Source of the DNA: a virus
Lineage: Duplodnaviria > Caudoviricetes
IMG/VR virus record: IMGVR_UViG_3300022602_000025
DNA length: 64,000 nucleotides
Direction: 5' to 3' (one strand)
The notes under the pieces are model-generated. The model searched no databases, was not told where the DNA came from, and saw only the letters and a program-made list of their open reading frames with translations. Below are positions 54,158 to 64,000 of the stretch, in pieces (position 1 is the first letter of the stretch; each line of letters opens with the position of its first letter). The position numbers and the translations under genes were made by a program.

Positions 54158-55447
54158 ATGTACAGCATTATCCAAGAACTTGAAGCAGATAATTCACGTC
54201 TCGCCAAAGAAGCAATTATTGAGCGTGAAAAAGACAACGTAGAATTATTTGAAGGTTTTGAATTATCCCTTAGCCCCTATATCACATTCGGAGTTAAGAA
54301 GGTTCCTAAGCATGGGGGGCCTGATGGACAGGGACTGCCCTGGGCGGCATTTAAAGAATTGTGCCACTTGTTAAGCACTCGCAAACTTACGGGCGATGAT
54401 GCTAAAAATGCGATTGAACTAGCACTTTCTGCAAGCACACAAGTACAGTGGAATGACTGGTATCGCCGTATTCTAATCAAAGACTTACGTTGCGGTGTTA
54501 GCGAAAAGACCGTAAATAAGGTTAAGAAGAACGCTGTGCCTGTATTTGAATGTATGTTGGCACACGATGGAGCCAATCATGAAAAGAAAATTAACGGTGT
54601 ACGACTCCTTGAGCCAAAGTTGGACGGAGTACGATGCATCACCGTCGTTGACTTTGAAGCTCGTACCGTTGTACAGTACACAAGAAATGGCAAAGTATTG
54701 GAAAACTTTAGCCACATATCAGATAGCCTTTTGGCTAATATCGATGACTTGGGCAGATCGTATGTTCTTGACGGAGAAGTAGTTTCCAAATCATTCCAAG
54801 ATCTAATGAAACAGGTACATCGCAAAGATGATGTACAAGCAGGCGATGCTCGCTTGATGCTGTTTGACATCCTTCCACTAAGCGAATTCAAGAAAGGCAA
54901 AAGTGTTATGGGCCAAAAGCGCCGTAGTACTTTGCTAAGAACTCTTAAGCCCATATTTGACAAGTGCGGCCATATTGATATTATTCCACAAAAAGAAATC
55001 GACCTAGACGGTTATGTAGGCGAGCTTGAGTTTAAGCAATTTAACAAAGACGCTATTGACGCCGGCTACGAAGGTATCATGATCAAAGTGCCAGATGCTC
55101 CTTATGAATGTAAGCGTAGCACCAGCTGGCTCAAACAAAAACCATTTATTGAAGTATCACTAACTGTTACAGCCGTAGAAGAAGGTACAGGCCGTAATGA
55201 GGGTAAACTAGGTGCATTAGTATGCGAGGGTGTAGATGACGGCAAACGAATTGTTGTTAATGTTGGTTCCGGCTTTAGTGACGCTGATCGCGATGAGTTT
55301 TGGACAGATAAGGAAGCAGTGGTGGGCCAGGTGGTCGAAGTCAGAGCGGATGCGGCTACTAGGAGCCAAGATAGTGAAGACATCTACTCGCTACGGTTCC
55401 CTCGCTTTTTACGGTTCCGCGGGTTTAGACAAGGTGAAAAAATATAA
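54158..55447 (+). CDS. ATP-dependent DNA ligase
   Basis: EPKLDGVR (KxDG), LDGEVV, FDIL, EGIMIK, WLKQK, LRFPRF. Confidence 0.96.
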   Translation: MYSIIQELEADNSRLAKEAIIEREKDNVELFEGFELSLSPYITFGVKKVPKHGGPDGQGLPWAAFKELCHLLSTRKLTGDDAKNAIELALSASTQVQWNDWYRRILIKDLRCGVSEKTVNKVKKNAVPVFECMLAHDGANHEKKINGVRLLEPKLDGVRCITVVDFEARTVVQYTRNGKVLENFSHISDSLLANIDDLGRSYVLDGEVVSKSFQDLMKQVHRKDDVQAGDARLMLFDILPLSEFKKGKSVMGQKRRSTLLRTLKPIFDKCGHIDIIPQKEIDLDGYVGELEFKQFNKDAIDAGYEGIMIKVPDAPYECKRSTSWLKQKPFIEVSLTVTAVEEGTGRNEGKLGALVCEGVDDGKRIVVNVGSGFSDADRDEFWTDKEAVVGQVVEVRADAATRSQDSEDIYSLRFPRFLRFRGFRQGEKI

Positions 55448-55448
55448 A

Positions 55449-55691
55449 ATGGATAGACGGGCTGTTAAAGAATTAATGTACGGCGGCATCGCGGAGTTAA
55501 TGCGTAACAGCCACTATTTTTATCGTAGCACAGTAGGTGCACAATACTGTCATTGGACTGAAGAAGGGCAAAAGGCCCTAGCAGAGTATATGACCATTAT
55601 AGGTTATAAAATGATAGAAGCAGAAGAAGCAGATCTTGATAGACGAGCTAAAGATATTGTCTTAAGAACTTTGAAAGGAGATGTAAAGTAA
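55449..55691 (+). CDS. hypothetical protein
   Basis: start moved to MDRRAVK after the ligase stop. Confidence 0.6.
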   Translation: MDRRAVKELMYGGIAELMRNSHYFYRSTVGAQYCHWTEEGQKALAEYMTIIGYKMIEAEEADLDRRAKDIVLRTLKGDVK

Positions 55692-55694
55692 AAA

Positions 55695-55913
55695 ATGGCA
55701 AAAGATGATCTACTTGAATTTGACGGCGAGGTAGAAGAGGTTCTACCCAATGCGATGTTCCGTGTTCGAGTTAACGAAAACTATTCACCACTATGTGTGA
55801 TATCAGGCAGAATGCGCCAAAACAGGATTCAAATCCTGCTTGGCGACAAAGTAAAATTAGAAGTTAGTACTTACGATTTGACCAGAGGTCGAGTCACTTA
55901 TAGATATAAATGA
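55695..55913 (+). CDS. infA: translation initiation factor IF-1
   Basis: MAKDDLLEFDGEVEEVLPNAMFRV...ISGRMRQNRIQILLGDKV...YDLTRGRVTYR. Confidence 0.95.
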   Translation: MAKDDLLEFDGEVEEVLPNAMFRVRVNENYSPLCVISGRMRQNRIQILLGDKVKLEVSTYDLTRGRVTYRYK

Positions 55914-56423
55914 TTACAAGTACATAGCCCAGCTAGGGTGGCGTAGGTCAAACTTCATTCTCTTACGCTTTTCAACTAATTCCCAATATGTAGGCTTATA
56001 AGGCATACGCTTAGGCTTAATCTTTTTGTTGTTGCCCTTGGCACTATTACATTTAGAGCAAGCGCAAGAGCTGTTTTCCCAAGTTGACTTACCACCATGG
56101 CTTACAGGGTGTACGTGGTCAAGTGTAGCTGTGCGGCGATTTACTTCGCAACCACAGTACTGACATTTAAAATCATCTCGCAAGAACACATTCATCTTAC
56201 TGTAACGAATATACCCTTTCTTTTTGGTAAATTCTTTCAACATGATAATAGCAGGAACACGAGTTTCCCATTTTGCGGAACGCACAATCCAATCATCGTG
56301 CCACTCTAACACGGAAACCTTGTCAAGGACCATGTAACGAATAGCTTCTTGCCAATCGATAACACTCAATGGCAAATATGAAACTGGACTTGCGTCTGAA
56401 TTTAAAAGTAGAACGTCTGACAT
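55914..56423 (-). CDS. HNH endonuclease
   Basis: FLRDDFKCQYCG, TLDHVHP...GG...W.N...ACSKCNSAKG; start moved to 56423. Confidence 0.9.
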   Translation of the reverse strand: MSDVLLLNSDASPVSYLPLSVIDWQEAIRYMVLDKVSVLEWHDDWIVRSAKWETRVPAIIMLKEFTKKKGYIRYSKMNVFLRDDFKCQYCGCEVNRRTATLDHVHPVSHGGKSTWENSSCACSKCNSAKGNNKKIKPKRMPYKPTYWELVEKRKRMKFDLRHPSWAMYL

Positions 56424-56480
56424 AATCACATATTTATAAGTGCGTGGATAACAGTGATAATTATAACACAAGGACGCTAA

Positions 56481-57302
56481 ATGAACAAGGTTTTAATTAC
56501 AGGACACCGCGGTTGGATTGGTAGCAATTTTACCAAATTATTAGACAGTCTTGGAATGTTTTGGGTCGGAATTGATCGTTTAGACGGCGAGGATCTGCTC
56601 AAAGATATAACTCCGTTTCAAGAGAAATTAGCGGATTGTGATATTGTAGTACACTTAGCCGCCACTCCTAGAATACCCGCAAGCTGGGCAAATGCAGATC
56701 ACTACAGAGATAATAACATAGGTGTTACAGATCAAATCGCTCGTATTTGTGCAGAACAACATAAACACTTAATTTTTGCTAGCTCTAGTTCAGTATATGG
56801 CAACGGTGACGGCCCCCTAAATCCCTACAGTTGGACAAAGTATGCTGGCGAGCAAAGCATACAGATGTACAGTCGTAGCCGTAATCTAGAATACACTATC
56901 CTGCGTATCTTTACAAACTACGGAGAAGATGATCCTAGCGGACTGGTTATCAGTCGTTGGCTAGATCAGTACAAAAAAGGCGAACCGTTATTGTTAAGAG
57001 GCACGGGAAATCAAAGCAGAGATTTTATCCATGTTAAAGATACTTGCCGTGCTATACTAGCCTGTTGTTTAGAAAAGCCCTTGAATCGAGTATTAGATAT
57101 TGGCACAGGAGTAAATGTAAAACTAATAGATATTGTCAAAGCATTTAATTGCGAATATACGACAGAACCTGAGCTACCTGGATATGCATCGTCAACAAGA
57201 GCTAACGCATACAATACTCGAAAATTTATTAACTGGACACCAGAATATCAACTGCTAGATTGGATCAAAGAGAATCTAGCCCTTGATCAAGGTCGACAGT
57301 AG
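56481..57302 (+). CDS. NAD-dependent epimerase/dehydratase
   Basis: ITGHRGWIG, HLAA, ASSSSVYG, YSWTK, RDFIHVKD. Confidence 0.92.
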   Translation: MNKVLITGHRGWIGSNFTKLLDSLGMFWVGIDRLDGEDLLKDITPFQEKLADCDIVVHLAATPRIPASWANADHYRDNNIGVTDQIARICAEQHKHLIFASSSSVYGNGDGPLNPYSWTKYAGEQSIQMYSRSRNLEYTILRIFTNYGEDDPSGLVISRWLDQYKKGEPLLLRGTGNQSRDFIHVKDTCRAILACCLEKPLNRVLDIGTGVNVKLIDIVKAFNCEYTTEPELPGYASSTRANAYNTRKFINWTPEYQLLDWIKENLALDQGRQ

Positions 57303-57552
57303 TATTCCAGAATCTTCTACTCTCAATTCCTTTAGTTTGTGCGAACCGTTTGCTAGGACAACTAGGGCATACATGTACATGCTCGTTAGTTAGTCGTCTT
57401 GGATCCATCTGACTGACTCTCCTTTCAAATTCCCTACCGCAACAATCACACTTCAGTAATGCTACATTGTGGCTTCTAACATAGGAATGTAGCTTTCCGT
57501 TTTTGCTAGGCCGTGAATGCTCTTGTGTTATTTGAAATATTTGTAATAGCAT
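57265..57552 (-). CDS. Zn-ribbon hypothetical protein
   Basis: CDCC...CPSC. Confidence 0.6.
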   Translation of the reverse strand: MLLQIFQITQEHSRPSKNGKLHSYVRSHNVALLKCDCCGREFERRVSQMDPRRLTNEHVHVCPSCPSKRFAQTKGIESRRFWNTTVDLDQGLDSL

Positions 57553-57597
57553 CGGGTATTTACATTCGGAGTATAAAACGGCAAACTAAATAGCAGT

Positions 57598-57894
57598 ATG
57601 AACCCGACTAAACGATCTCTACAGGAAGTTGCATCAAGTGCATCTGCGCTGAAACAGGCCAGATCCGAACCTATCCAACAAGAAAATCTTAATAAACCGT
57701 CTGGATTTTTAAAAAGTTTAATCGCACCTGTTCAACAAGGAATGAATATTGAACAGATGTTAGAAGCACAACTAGAAGCAGAAGCTCGCAAGTTAGAGCC
57801 TAAAGACCCTATTATTGAAATAGAGGAACCTATAACGGTTAACGCTCAACAAGACACTTTAACTGACATCAAAAGATTAGCAGGAATTAGATAA
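57598..57894 (+). CDS. hypothetical protein
   Basis: 98 aa; TAAATA-N5-ATG; ends DIKRLAGIR. Confidence 0.6.
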   Translation: MNPTKRSLQEVASSASALKQARSEPIQQENLNKPSGFLKSLIAPVQQGMNIEQMLEAQLEAEARKLEPKDPIIEIEEPITVNAQQDTLTDIKRLAGIR

Positions 57895-60800
57895 TGACCA
57901 TTTTATACATCAACACAGGCTCTAGCCCAAACAAAGGTGACGGCGATACCCTACGCACAGCATTTACCAAAATTAATGCAAACTTTGGGTTTCTGAGCAC
58001 ATCAAGCGGTGGTGTTAACACTATTATCGCTGGGTCAGGGATCCACATTAGCACATCAACTGGCAATGTTATTATATCAGCGACTGGGTCAGGATCAGGA
58101 AACGGAAACATTATCCAAAGTGCAACTGCTCCAATTCCTGCAAGCACTACAACCTTATGGTATGATACAGTAGGCGGACGCACTTATACATATTTTGAAG
58201 GTGTATGGGTCGATACAAATCCGGCCAACCTCTCTATTCCTATCGCCAGCACAACTGAATTAGGCGGAGTCAAAGTTGACGGAACCACTATCACCATTAA
58301 CTCAACTACAGGTGTGATCAGTGCAAACAACACAGCAACTGGCGGTGGAAGCGCAGCCAATGGTTGGGAATTAACAAGCGGCACAGCAGTCGTAAATCTA
58401 TCAGCTGATGGGGTTGTGTCATTTCCGCAATACAGATTTCCTGCTACACACGGTCAGCTAGGACAAGTATTGGTAGACAACGGCGCAGGTATACTGACAT
58501 GGTCTGATACTAATACTTTAGTAAATGGATCATACTCGCTTAACCTAGCTAATAACGGTAATATTAGCCTTCCAACCAGTTATACCAATAACTCACTATT
58601 ACAATCAGCGAGTCCTATAACACTCGATGCAGGCGGTAGTTATGCGGCATGGACTTTTGATACTTCGGGTAATTTAACATTACCCACACCTCCTGCTTTT
58701 GGTCCAAAGATCCAAGCATTTGGTACAGGAATGATTTTAGAAGTAACTGGTACCGCAGGTTCATATAATTTTCCTACAGGAACTACGACTACAAACTATG
58801 TTACAATGAGTCCTGGTGTTACATTCGGCACAGGAGCATTTACAATCGAAGGTTGGGTTTATTTTGACAACTTCTTAGCACCACAACCAGCACTTGGAAC
58901 CACAACCAGTAGCGGCGGACTGAGCTTGGTATTTGCAAACAACGATACCATAGTTGTTGACTGTGCAGGTGTAGGACAGAAATCATTTACTATAGGCGCA
59001 GCGACCAGCGGCGGATGGCATCATTTTGCTGTGGCCCGTGATAACAGTGGAAATGAAATGGCATGGTTGGATGGCAATCCATCGACTAGCGGAGTACAAG
59101 TTGATTCGTTCAACTATAGCGGAGTAACTTCTCTAATAGGTAAGACTTATAATTCGCTATTCTTTGGTCAACTAAGTGCTATAAGAATCGTTCAAAATGC
59201 AATTTACACTCCCGCAGCATCGACCATCACAGTACCTACATTATTTCCAGTAAGTCAGCAACAACAGGTAGCAGGCACGGTGTTGTCGTTACCGATGATC
59301 AATCCGCAATATGCGTTTGTTGATCGTACTAATTTTCCAAATTCTCCTGTACAAACAATAACAGTAGTAAATGAAGTTGACTATGAAGTCAATGGTAATC
59401 CTAATATTGCATTAGGAACACAGGGTCCTATACAGACATTTACATTCCATAAGTATGGTGCTATAAGATTCCCAGACTATACTGAGCAATTCACAGCGTT
59501 CACAGGAACTGTTGCATGGAGCAACATCACAGGTATTCCAGATCTAGCCGCTGTATCAACTGCTAGCATCAATAACGGTGTTTACTCAATTTCAATTGGA
59601 CCAGACGGATATCTAAACCTTCCTAACGGATTAGATGGTCAAGGAGCACTGATCCAAAGTACAAACCCAATAAGAATTAACAGCCAGGGTAACTTCTGGA
59701 CTTTTAATAATGACGGCACAATAGTATTCCCTGATAGTACTGTACAACCAACAGCATTTAATCCCTACAGACATACTGTATTCTACGGACAAGTTACATT
59801 TAACAGCACCGTAACTAACAACTATGCGGCCAACGCTACAACTACAACTAATATATTAGAGCTACATCAGCCAACTGGCGGACATTGGACTTTTGATGAT
59901 GCTAAAGATATCGGCATCCAGTTCGATTATTACAACAACACAGTTAATTCAAATGCTACAGCTACTATCATATTAGCACACGATACACAGTGGTTTGAAT
60001 TTTATAGTAACGGCGGATTTGATGGTTCACAAAGTCAATTCCACGGAACACAATATGCTACGATTAAAGCAGGCACACTTGTTCTAGCAAACTCAACAGC
60101 AAGTATTACATTTGCCGATGGTAGCTTACAAACTACAGCATGGACAGGAACGGTTGCATCGTTAACTAATGATGGTCAGGCTGTAACATTACATGTTGGC
60201 GGACGAACAACGTTACCTGGAGATTCAGTTGGTACAAACTTCTTTAACTTTAACGTTGATGGCGATGGCTCAATACATTTTCCAGACGGAACTATACAGC
60301 ATACCGCGTATGAAGGTCAAACAGGTACAAACTCTATAGACCTATCTGCGATTGATCGCGACATCATTCCCAACTTAGATTCAACTTACGATCTAGGCAG
60401 TCCAAGCCATCAATGGAAGAGCTTGTATGTAAGTACAAACACAATCTATGTTGGCAATGTTCCATTAACAGTTGACACAGCTACAAACACATTATTAGTT
60501 AACGGTTCACAAGTCTCAGGCAGTGGTGGTTCTGCTACTACATCAACACTGGTCAACAACAGTTATGCAGTTTCACTAGATAGTTCTGGAAACTTATATA
60601 TCCCCTCATATATTTCAAATACCAATACAGGTAGTTATGGATTAGAACTTGTAGCTGGTTATCCCGGACAAGGAGTATCGATAGCTAATAATTCCGGATA
60701 CCAGGTAGTGTTTGTACAAGATGATGGTGCCTATGTTCAAACTAGTGCGAACAACAGCGGAACAGTTTTCCATACATGGACATTTGGCTTAGATGGTAGC

Positions 60801-61823
60801 ACAACATTCCCTAACGGTAGTAAGTTGGATGTTGGAACACCTTACAAATTTGCTACTGACAACAGCGTAACGCAATACATTGACCTGCGTGATGCAAGCG
60901 GTCGTGGTTTTTATACTGATAGTAATGGTTATACTTTAAGAAGCAATAACGGCAATAATTGGATATTTAGAACTAGTGGTGTCCTAGCATTGCCATATGA
61001 TAGCTATTTAGAAACCACAGATACTAATCTAAAAGTAGGATCGCATGGACAGGTGGTTATCAGATCAAATGCTGCCACTGATGTAGGAACTAAGGCTTGG
61101 ACCTTTGGCGCAGATGGTAGTCTAACATTCCCAGACAGTTCAGTTCAGACAACAGCGTATCCTGGAACTAAAATTGGTGGTGCTATCAACATTGGTACAA
61201 CAAGCAGTAATATCTTTATACCAAACACAAACTACCAAGCACTAGGATTAATAAACAGTCTAGCTGGTGTTTATATCGAAGCAGGAACTCCTCAACAAGT
61301 TTGGCAATTTAACACAGATGGTACCCTAACACTACCTGGAAGTTTAACTGGTGATTCTGTATCTATACAAGGTGCTCCTGTTACTATAACTATCACAGAC
61401 ACTGGCGGTGTTTGGGGAGGCGCCCCTGGTACATATACGAGATTAAATGGTATAACACCTCCTAAGTGGGCACCTGCTAACTATAATCCCAGCAGTGATT
61501 CTTCTATCACATACGATGGCGGCTGGCAACTCAATAATCCAAACTTTGGGCATCCTGTGTATGTAAACACAGGTACACTATTCAACCCGTCAGCTACATG
61601 GGACCCTGATGTACAATTTGGTCTCGGATCCGGCAACCCAGCAGGTGCCTATACCTATAATAATTGGACATTTAATAGCACTGGTAGTTTAACATTCCCA
61701 GATACTACAGTTCAGACAACAGCGTTTACAGCATCATCGTATATCAGCAAAGCAACGCTACAATCGATAATTTCAACATGCACAAGTTTTACAGAGTTCA
61801 AGAACGCAATACTTGGACTTTAA
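57894..61823 (+). CDS. long tail fibre / baseplate-associated protein with LamG-like domain
   Basis: N-terminal NTGSSPNKGDGDTLRTAFTKINANF (T4 gp9/10-like), FTIEGWVYF...WHHFAVAR...IRI, repeated WTFxxDGxLTFPD modules. Confidence 0.85.
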   Translation: MTILYINTGSSPNKGDGDTLRTAFTKINANFGFLSTSSGGVNTIIAGSGIHISTSTGNVIISATGSGSGNGNIIQSATAPIPASTTTLWYDTVGGRTYTYFEGVWVDTNPANLSIPIASTTELGGVKVDGTTITINSTTGVISANNTATGGGSAANGWELTSGTAVVNLSADGVVSFPQYRFPATHGQLGQVLVDNGAGILTWSDTNTLVNGSYSLNLANNGNISLPTSYTNNSLLQSASPITLDAGGSYAAWTFDTSGNLTLPTPPAFGPKIQAFGTGMILEVTGTAGSYNFPTGTTTTNYVTMSPGVTFGTGAFTIEGWVYFDNFLAPQPALGTTTSSGGLSLVFANNDTIVVDCAGVGQKSFTIGAATSGGWHHFAVARDNSGNEMAWLDGNPSTSGVQVDSFNYSGVTSLIGKTYNSLFFGQLSAIRIVQNAIYTPAASTITVPTLFPVSQQQQVAGTVLSLPMINPQYAFVDRTNFPNSPVQTITVVNEVDYEVNGNPNIALGTQGPIQTFTFHKYGAIRFPDYTEQFTAFTGTVAWSNITGIPDLAAVSTASINNGVYSISIGPDGYLNLPNGLDGQGALIQSTNPIRINSQGNFWTFNNDGTIVFPDSTVQPTAFNPYRHTVFYGQVTFNSTVTNNYAANATTTTNILELHQPTGGHWTFDDAKDIGIQFDYYNNTVNSNATATIILAHDTQWFEFYSNGGFDGSQSQFHGTQYATIKAGTLVLANSTASITFADGSLQTTAWTGTVASLTNDGQAVTLHVGGRTTLPGDSVGTNFFNFNVDGDGSIHFPDGTIQHTAYEGQTGTNSIDLSAIDRDIIPNLDSTYDLGSPSHQWKSLYVSTNTIYVGNVPLTVDTATNTLLVNGSQVSGSGGSATTSTLVNNSYAVSLDSSGNLYIPSYISNTNTGSYGLELVAGYPGQGVSIANNSGYQVVFVQDDGAYVQTSANNSGTVFHTWTFGLDGSTTFPNGSKLDVGTPYKFATDNSVTQYIDLRDASGRGFYTDSNGYTLRSNNGNNWIFRTSGVLALPYDSYLETTDTNLKVGSHGQVVIRSNAATDVGTKAWTFGADGSLTFPDSSVQTTAYPGTKIGGAINIGTTSSNIFIPNTNYQALGLINSLAGVYIEAGTPQQVWQFNTDGTLTLPGSLTGDSVSIQGAPVTITITDTGGVWGGAPGTYTRLNGITPPKWAPANYNPSSDSSITYDGGWQLNNPNFGHPVYVNTGTLFNPSATWDPDVQFGLGSGNPAGAYTYNNWTFNSTGSLTFPDTTVQTTAFTASSYISKATLQSIISTCTSFTEFKNAILGL

Positions 61824-61851
61824 TTAAATATGATAAACAGGATCAAATAAG

Positions 61852-64000
61852 ATGGCACAATTAAACTTTCCAAACACTAGACAAGATGGTAGCCCGTTAC
61901 AGGCAAATGATCAGTATACAGGCGATAATGGAGTTACTTATATCTATGACGGAGCCAAGTGGATAGGACATGCTGTCGCACAGCCAGCAGGCACCAACTC
62001 TATTACCAATAATGGACACACCGTACAGATTGATTCAACAGGTAATCTTGTTATACCCAACAATGCCACTATCGTATATGCCAGCGGTGCTCCTGTTGTT
62101 ACATCAAATACATCAACACGCTGGGATGCTGGTAATGTAGAAGGTTGCCCAGTCTTTGCGTCTTTAACTACAGACCAGTTTCACTCATATACACAGAAAA
62201 GCCATTTAGAAATAAACGGCGACGGTAGTTGGAACATTGGCAGTAACTTTAATAGCACAGGTTTATTCAGTAACGATAATACTGCTACACTATATTCAAA
62301 TCTTGGTGATGTCATTATTCGTGTAAATGATAGTCAAACTAATTTTACATTTGGTCAAGATGGCTACCTAACTATGGAAAGCCTACAATTAGAAGGTTTC
62401 CTAAAAGGTGTAGATGGTAGCACAGGTTCTACAGGACAAGTCCTAACACGTCAAAGCAATGGCGGCGTTGCTTGGGCAGATGCTACAGGTGGATCAGGTG
62501 GTCCAGTATTTCAACTAACATCAGGCACCGCAGTAGTAAGCCTGAATACCAGCGGCGCACTGACATTACCGCTAGGTTCACAACTGCTAGAGCAGACTTG
62601 GTCCACTACAGTAACTGCCATTACTACAGGCACACGAACATTTGTAACTTTTGCCGCTAATGAATTTGTCTATCCTGAACAAGGGCAAATAACTATTTCA
62701 GGAGTTGATACGCCTAATGATGTTAACAGCACTTGGTACTATCAGGCTTCTGATCCTAATCAAGTGGAACTACATTATGGAGAAGATTTCGCTTCGCCAG
62801 TAGACAGCACAGCATGGTCAGCATACACCAGCGGTGGTACTGTGACTTTAATCACACAACTACAACTAAACAGCAACGGCAACATCTGGAAGTTCATGGC
62901 AGACGGCAGTACCATAGTTCCTAATGGACAGCGAGTTATCTTTGGTGAGCAAAATGGTGGCGCATACATTCAAGCAGGTATGGGATTCCATATCAACAGC
63001 ACCGAAGGCATAAGTCTAGAAGCAGTTGACCTAACCAACCCAGCCGCTCCTGTAAGTCATGGGTGGTATTTTAGTCCATACGGCACACTAACAGTTCCAG
63101 GTGGTGTTACTCTTAACACAGAAAACGGCCTAGTTGCTCCAGAAGGTGGCTACAGCGAATTGGCTGACTACAACCTAAACAACTTCATGTGGGTCGACCC
63201 TAATGCGGCCTATATTGCTACAAATTACAATAACTCTGCCAACATATGGACATTTGATCAAGACGGTTTCTTAACCCTGCCATTGTCAACTAAAATTAAC
63301 TCAGGCGGCATTGACACTACTAACTCAGTAGAATTTGGTACAGTAGTAGCTACCGACCCATTCCCCCCTAACCAAGGTGTGGCTAACATAACCAACAGTG
63401 AAATCTACATGAGTGGTGGTAGTGCTGAGGCTCGCATCATCACAGACGCGGCTACAGGCAGTTTGATCTACACTGGCGTAGAGCATGTTGAAGTTCCAGC
63501 ATTCGCAGGTATGGTGGCTGTGGATCCAGATGTTACCAGCCAGTACAGCATTGATGTAGATCCCGATGGTAGGATAGTTATAGGTGCCACGCAAGAAGAA
63601 GGAACATTGACCACCACTGATTACACAGTAGGTATTGGCGCTCTTAATTCAAGTTATACTATAAACGGATTATTGGCCAACCCGGGCGGTACTTTCATAA
63701 CAGGGTTGTATGGAATCTCAATGAATACCGAACGAGGCCAGGTGCTATTTGGCGGACAGCCAGAAGAGTGTGCTCCAGGACTGGTTAGCCATTTCCACAT
63801 AATGAAAGGCAATAACTATACTGTAAGTACAGATCTGTTCTTTGGTGATGATTATAACTATGTCAAACTACCTGGAGCAGATTACATAGGTAGCCCCGAT
63901 AATCCTTATAATCCTCTAGATGACAACCGGAACTTTGGTGTAGAAATAGCCACTGTGGATCTAGCGGCAGTAGATTTCCAACAGTATATATGGCGCTTTG
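61852..64000 (+). CDS. second tail-fibre-like protein (runs off the window end)
   Basis: not in track (no stop); MAQLNFPNT...TYIYDGAKW; spot checks at 62461 and 63961 are in frame; shares LTSGTAVV and WxFxxDG repeats. Confidence 0.8.
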   Translation, partial: MAQLNFPNTRQDGSPLQANDQYTGDNGVTYIYDGAKWIGHAVAQPAGTNSITNNGHTVQIDSTGNLVIPNNATIVYASGAPVVTSNTSTRWDAGNVEGCPVFASLTTDQFHSYTQKSHLEINGDGSWNIGSNFNSTGLFSNDNTATLYSNLGDVIIRVNDSQTNFTFGQDGYLTMESLQLEGFLKGVDGSTGSTGQVLTRQSNGGVAWADATGGSGGPVFQLTSGTAVVSLNTSGALTLPLGSQLLEQTWSTTVTAITTGTRTFVTFAANEFVYPEQGQITISGVDTPNDVNSTWYYQASDPNQVELHYGEDFASPVDSTAWSAYTSGGTVTLITQLQLNSNGNIWKFMADGSTIVPNGQRVIFGEQNGGAYIQAGMGFHINSTEGISLEAVDLTNPAAPVSHGWYFSPYGTLTVPGGVTLNTENGLVAPEGGYSELADYNLNNFMWVDPNAAYIATNYNNSANIWTFDQDGFLTLPLSTKINSGGIDTTNSVEFGTVVATDPFPPNQGVANITNSEIYMSGGSAEARIITDAATGSLIYTGVEHVEVPAFAGMVAVDPDVTSQYSIDVDPDGRIVIGATQEEGTLTTTDYTVGIGALNSSYTINGLLANPGGTFITGLYGISMNTERGQVLFGGQPEECAPGLVSHFHIMKGNNYTVSTDLFFGDDYNYVKLPGADYIGSPDNPYNPLDDNRNFGVEIATVDLAAVDFQQYIWRF

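Larger units (their letters stand above)
13535..57592. promoter_or_regulatory. recurrent T4-late-like TAAATA element placed 4-7 nt (mostly 5) before start codons
   Basis: TAAATA-N5-ATG at 13535(+), 14005(+), 14451(-), 16093(-), 17781(+), 30764(-), 30789(+), 38876(+), 57587(+); variants at 35155(-), 35166(+); N4 at 18025, 57557; N7 at 46731, 56431. Confidence 0.8.

Noticed and set aside
55914-56423. HNH gene as an intron or homing mobile element
   Set aside because: Free-standing with its own TATAAATA; flanking genes are intact; no intron structure seen
1-64000. Stop-codon reassignment as in some jumbo phages
   Set aside because: TAA, TAG and TGA all end genes, and code 11 gives dense, full-length proteins
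57894-64000. Diversity-generating retroelement acting on tail fibres
   Set aside because: No reverse transcriptase and no TR/VR pair differing at adenines; repeats are at protein level and diverged

Overview
This window looks like part of a large tailed (T4-like or jumbo) bacteriophage genome. The host is probably a proteobacterium, judging from the IscU, ErpA and IF-1 sequences. No capsid, terminase or polymerase gene is in the window, so the phage call rests on gene content and promoter architecture. There are four zones. (1) About 0.5-11.3 kb is a higher-GC early region of short, mostly hypothetical genes on the minus strand. It holds about 17 near-consensus sigma70 promoters (TTGACA-N17-TATAmT), most carrying a GGT-WWW-ACC dyad in the spacer, and many overlap the 3' end or stop codon of the upstream gene. 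(2) About 11.3-14.5 kb is a switch region with tRNA-Ile2/Met(CAU), a candidate structured ncRNA, a GT9-like glycosyltransferase and origin-like repeats. (3) About 14.7-53 kb is a lower-GC island of tailoring enzymes. It encodes 9 radical SAM proteins, 11 2OG-Fe(II)/cupin oxygenases plus 2 degenerate paralogs, an amidinotransferase, 2 PLP enzymes, a QueC-like ATPase, an APS kinase, a sulfotransferase, SDRs/epimerase, a methyltransferase, a GNAT, 2 kinase-like proteins and several glycosyltransferases, and it ends at a virion structural gene. Many of its transcription units start with a T4-late-like TAAATA placed exactly 5 nt before the ATG, which suggests leaderless late mRNAs. (4) About 53-64 kb holds iscU, erpA, DNA ligase, infA, an HNH nuclease, an epimerase and two long tail-fibre genes. 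The best candidate for an undescribed system is the late-expressed tailoring island with its own Fe-S assembly support, most plausibly for chemical decoration or glycosylation of the virion. All family calls come from motif recognition by eye; no database search was run.
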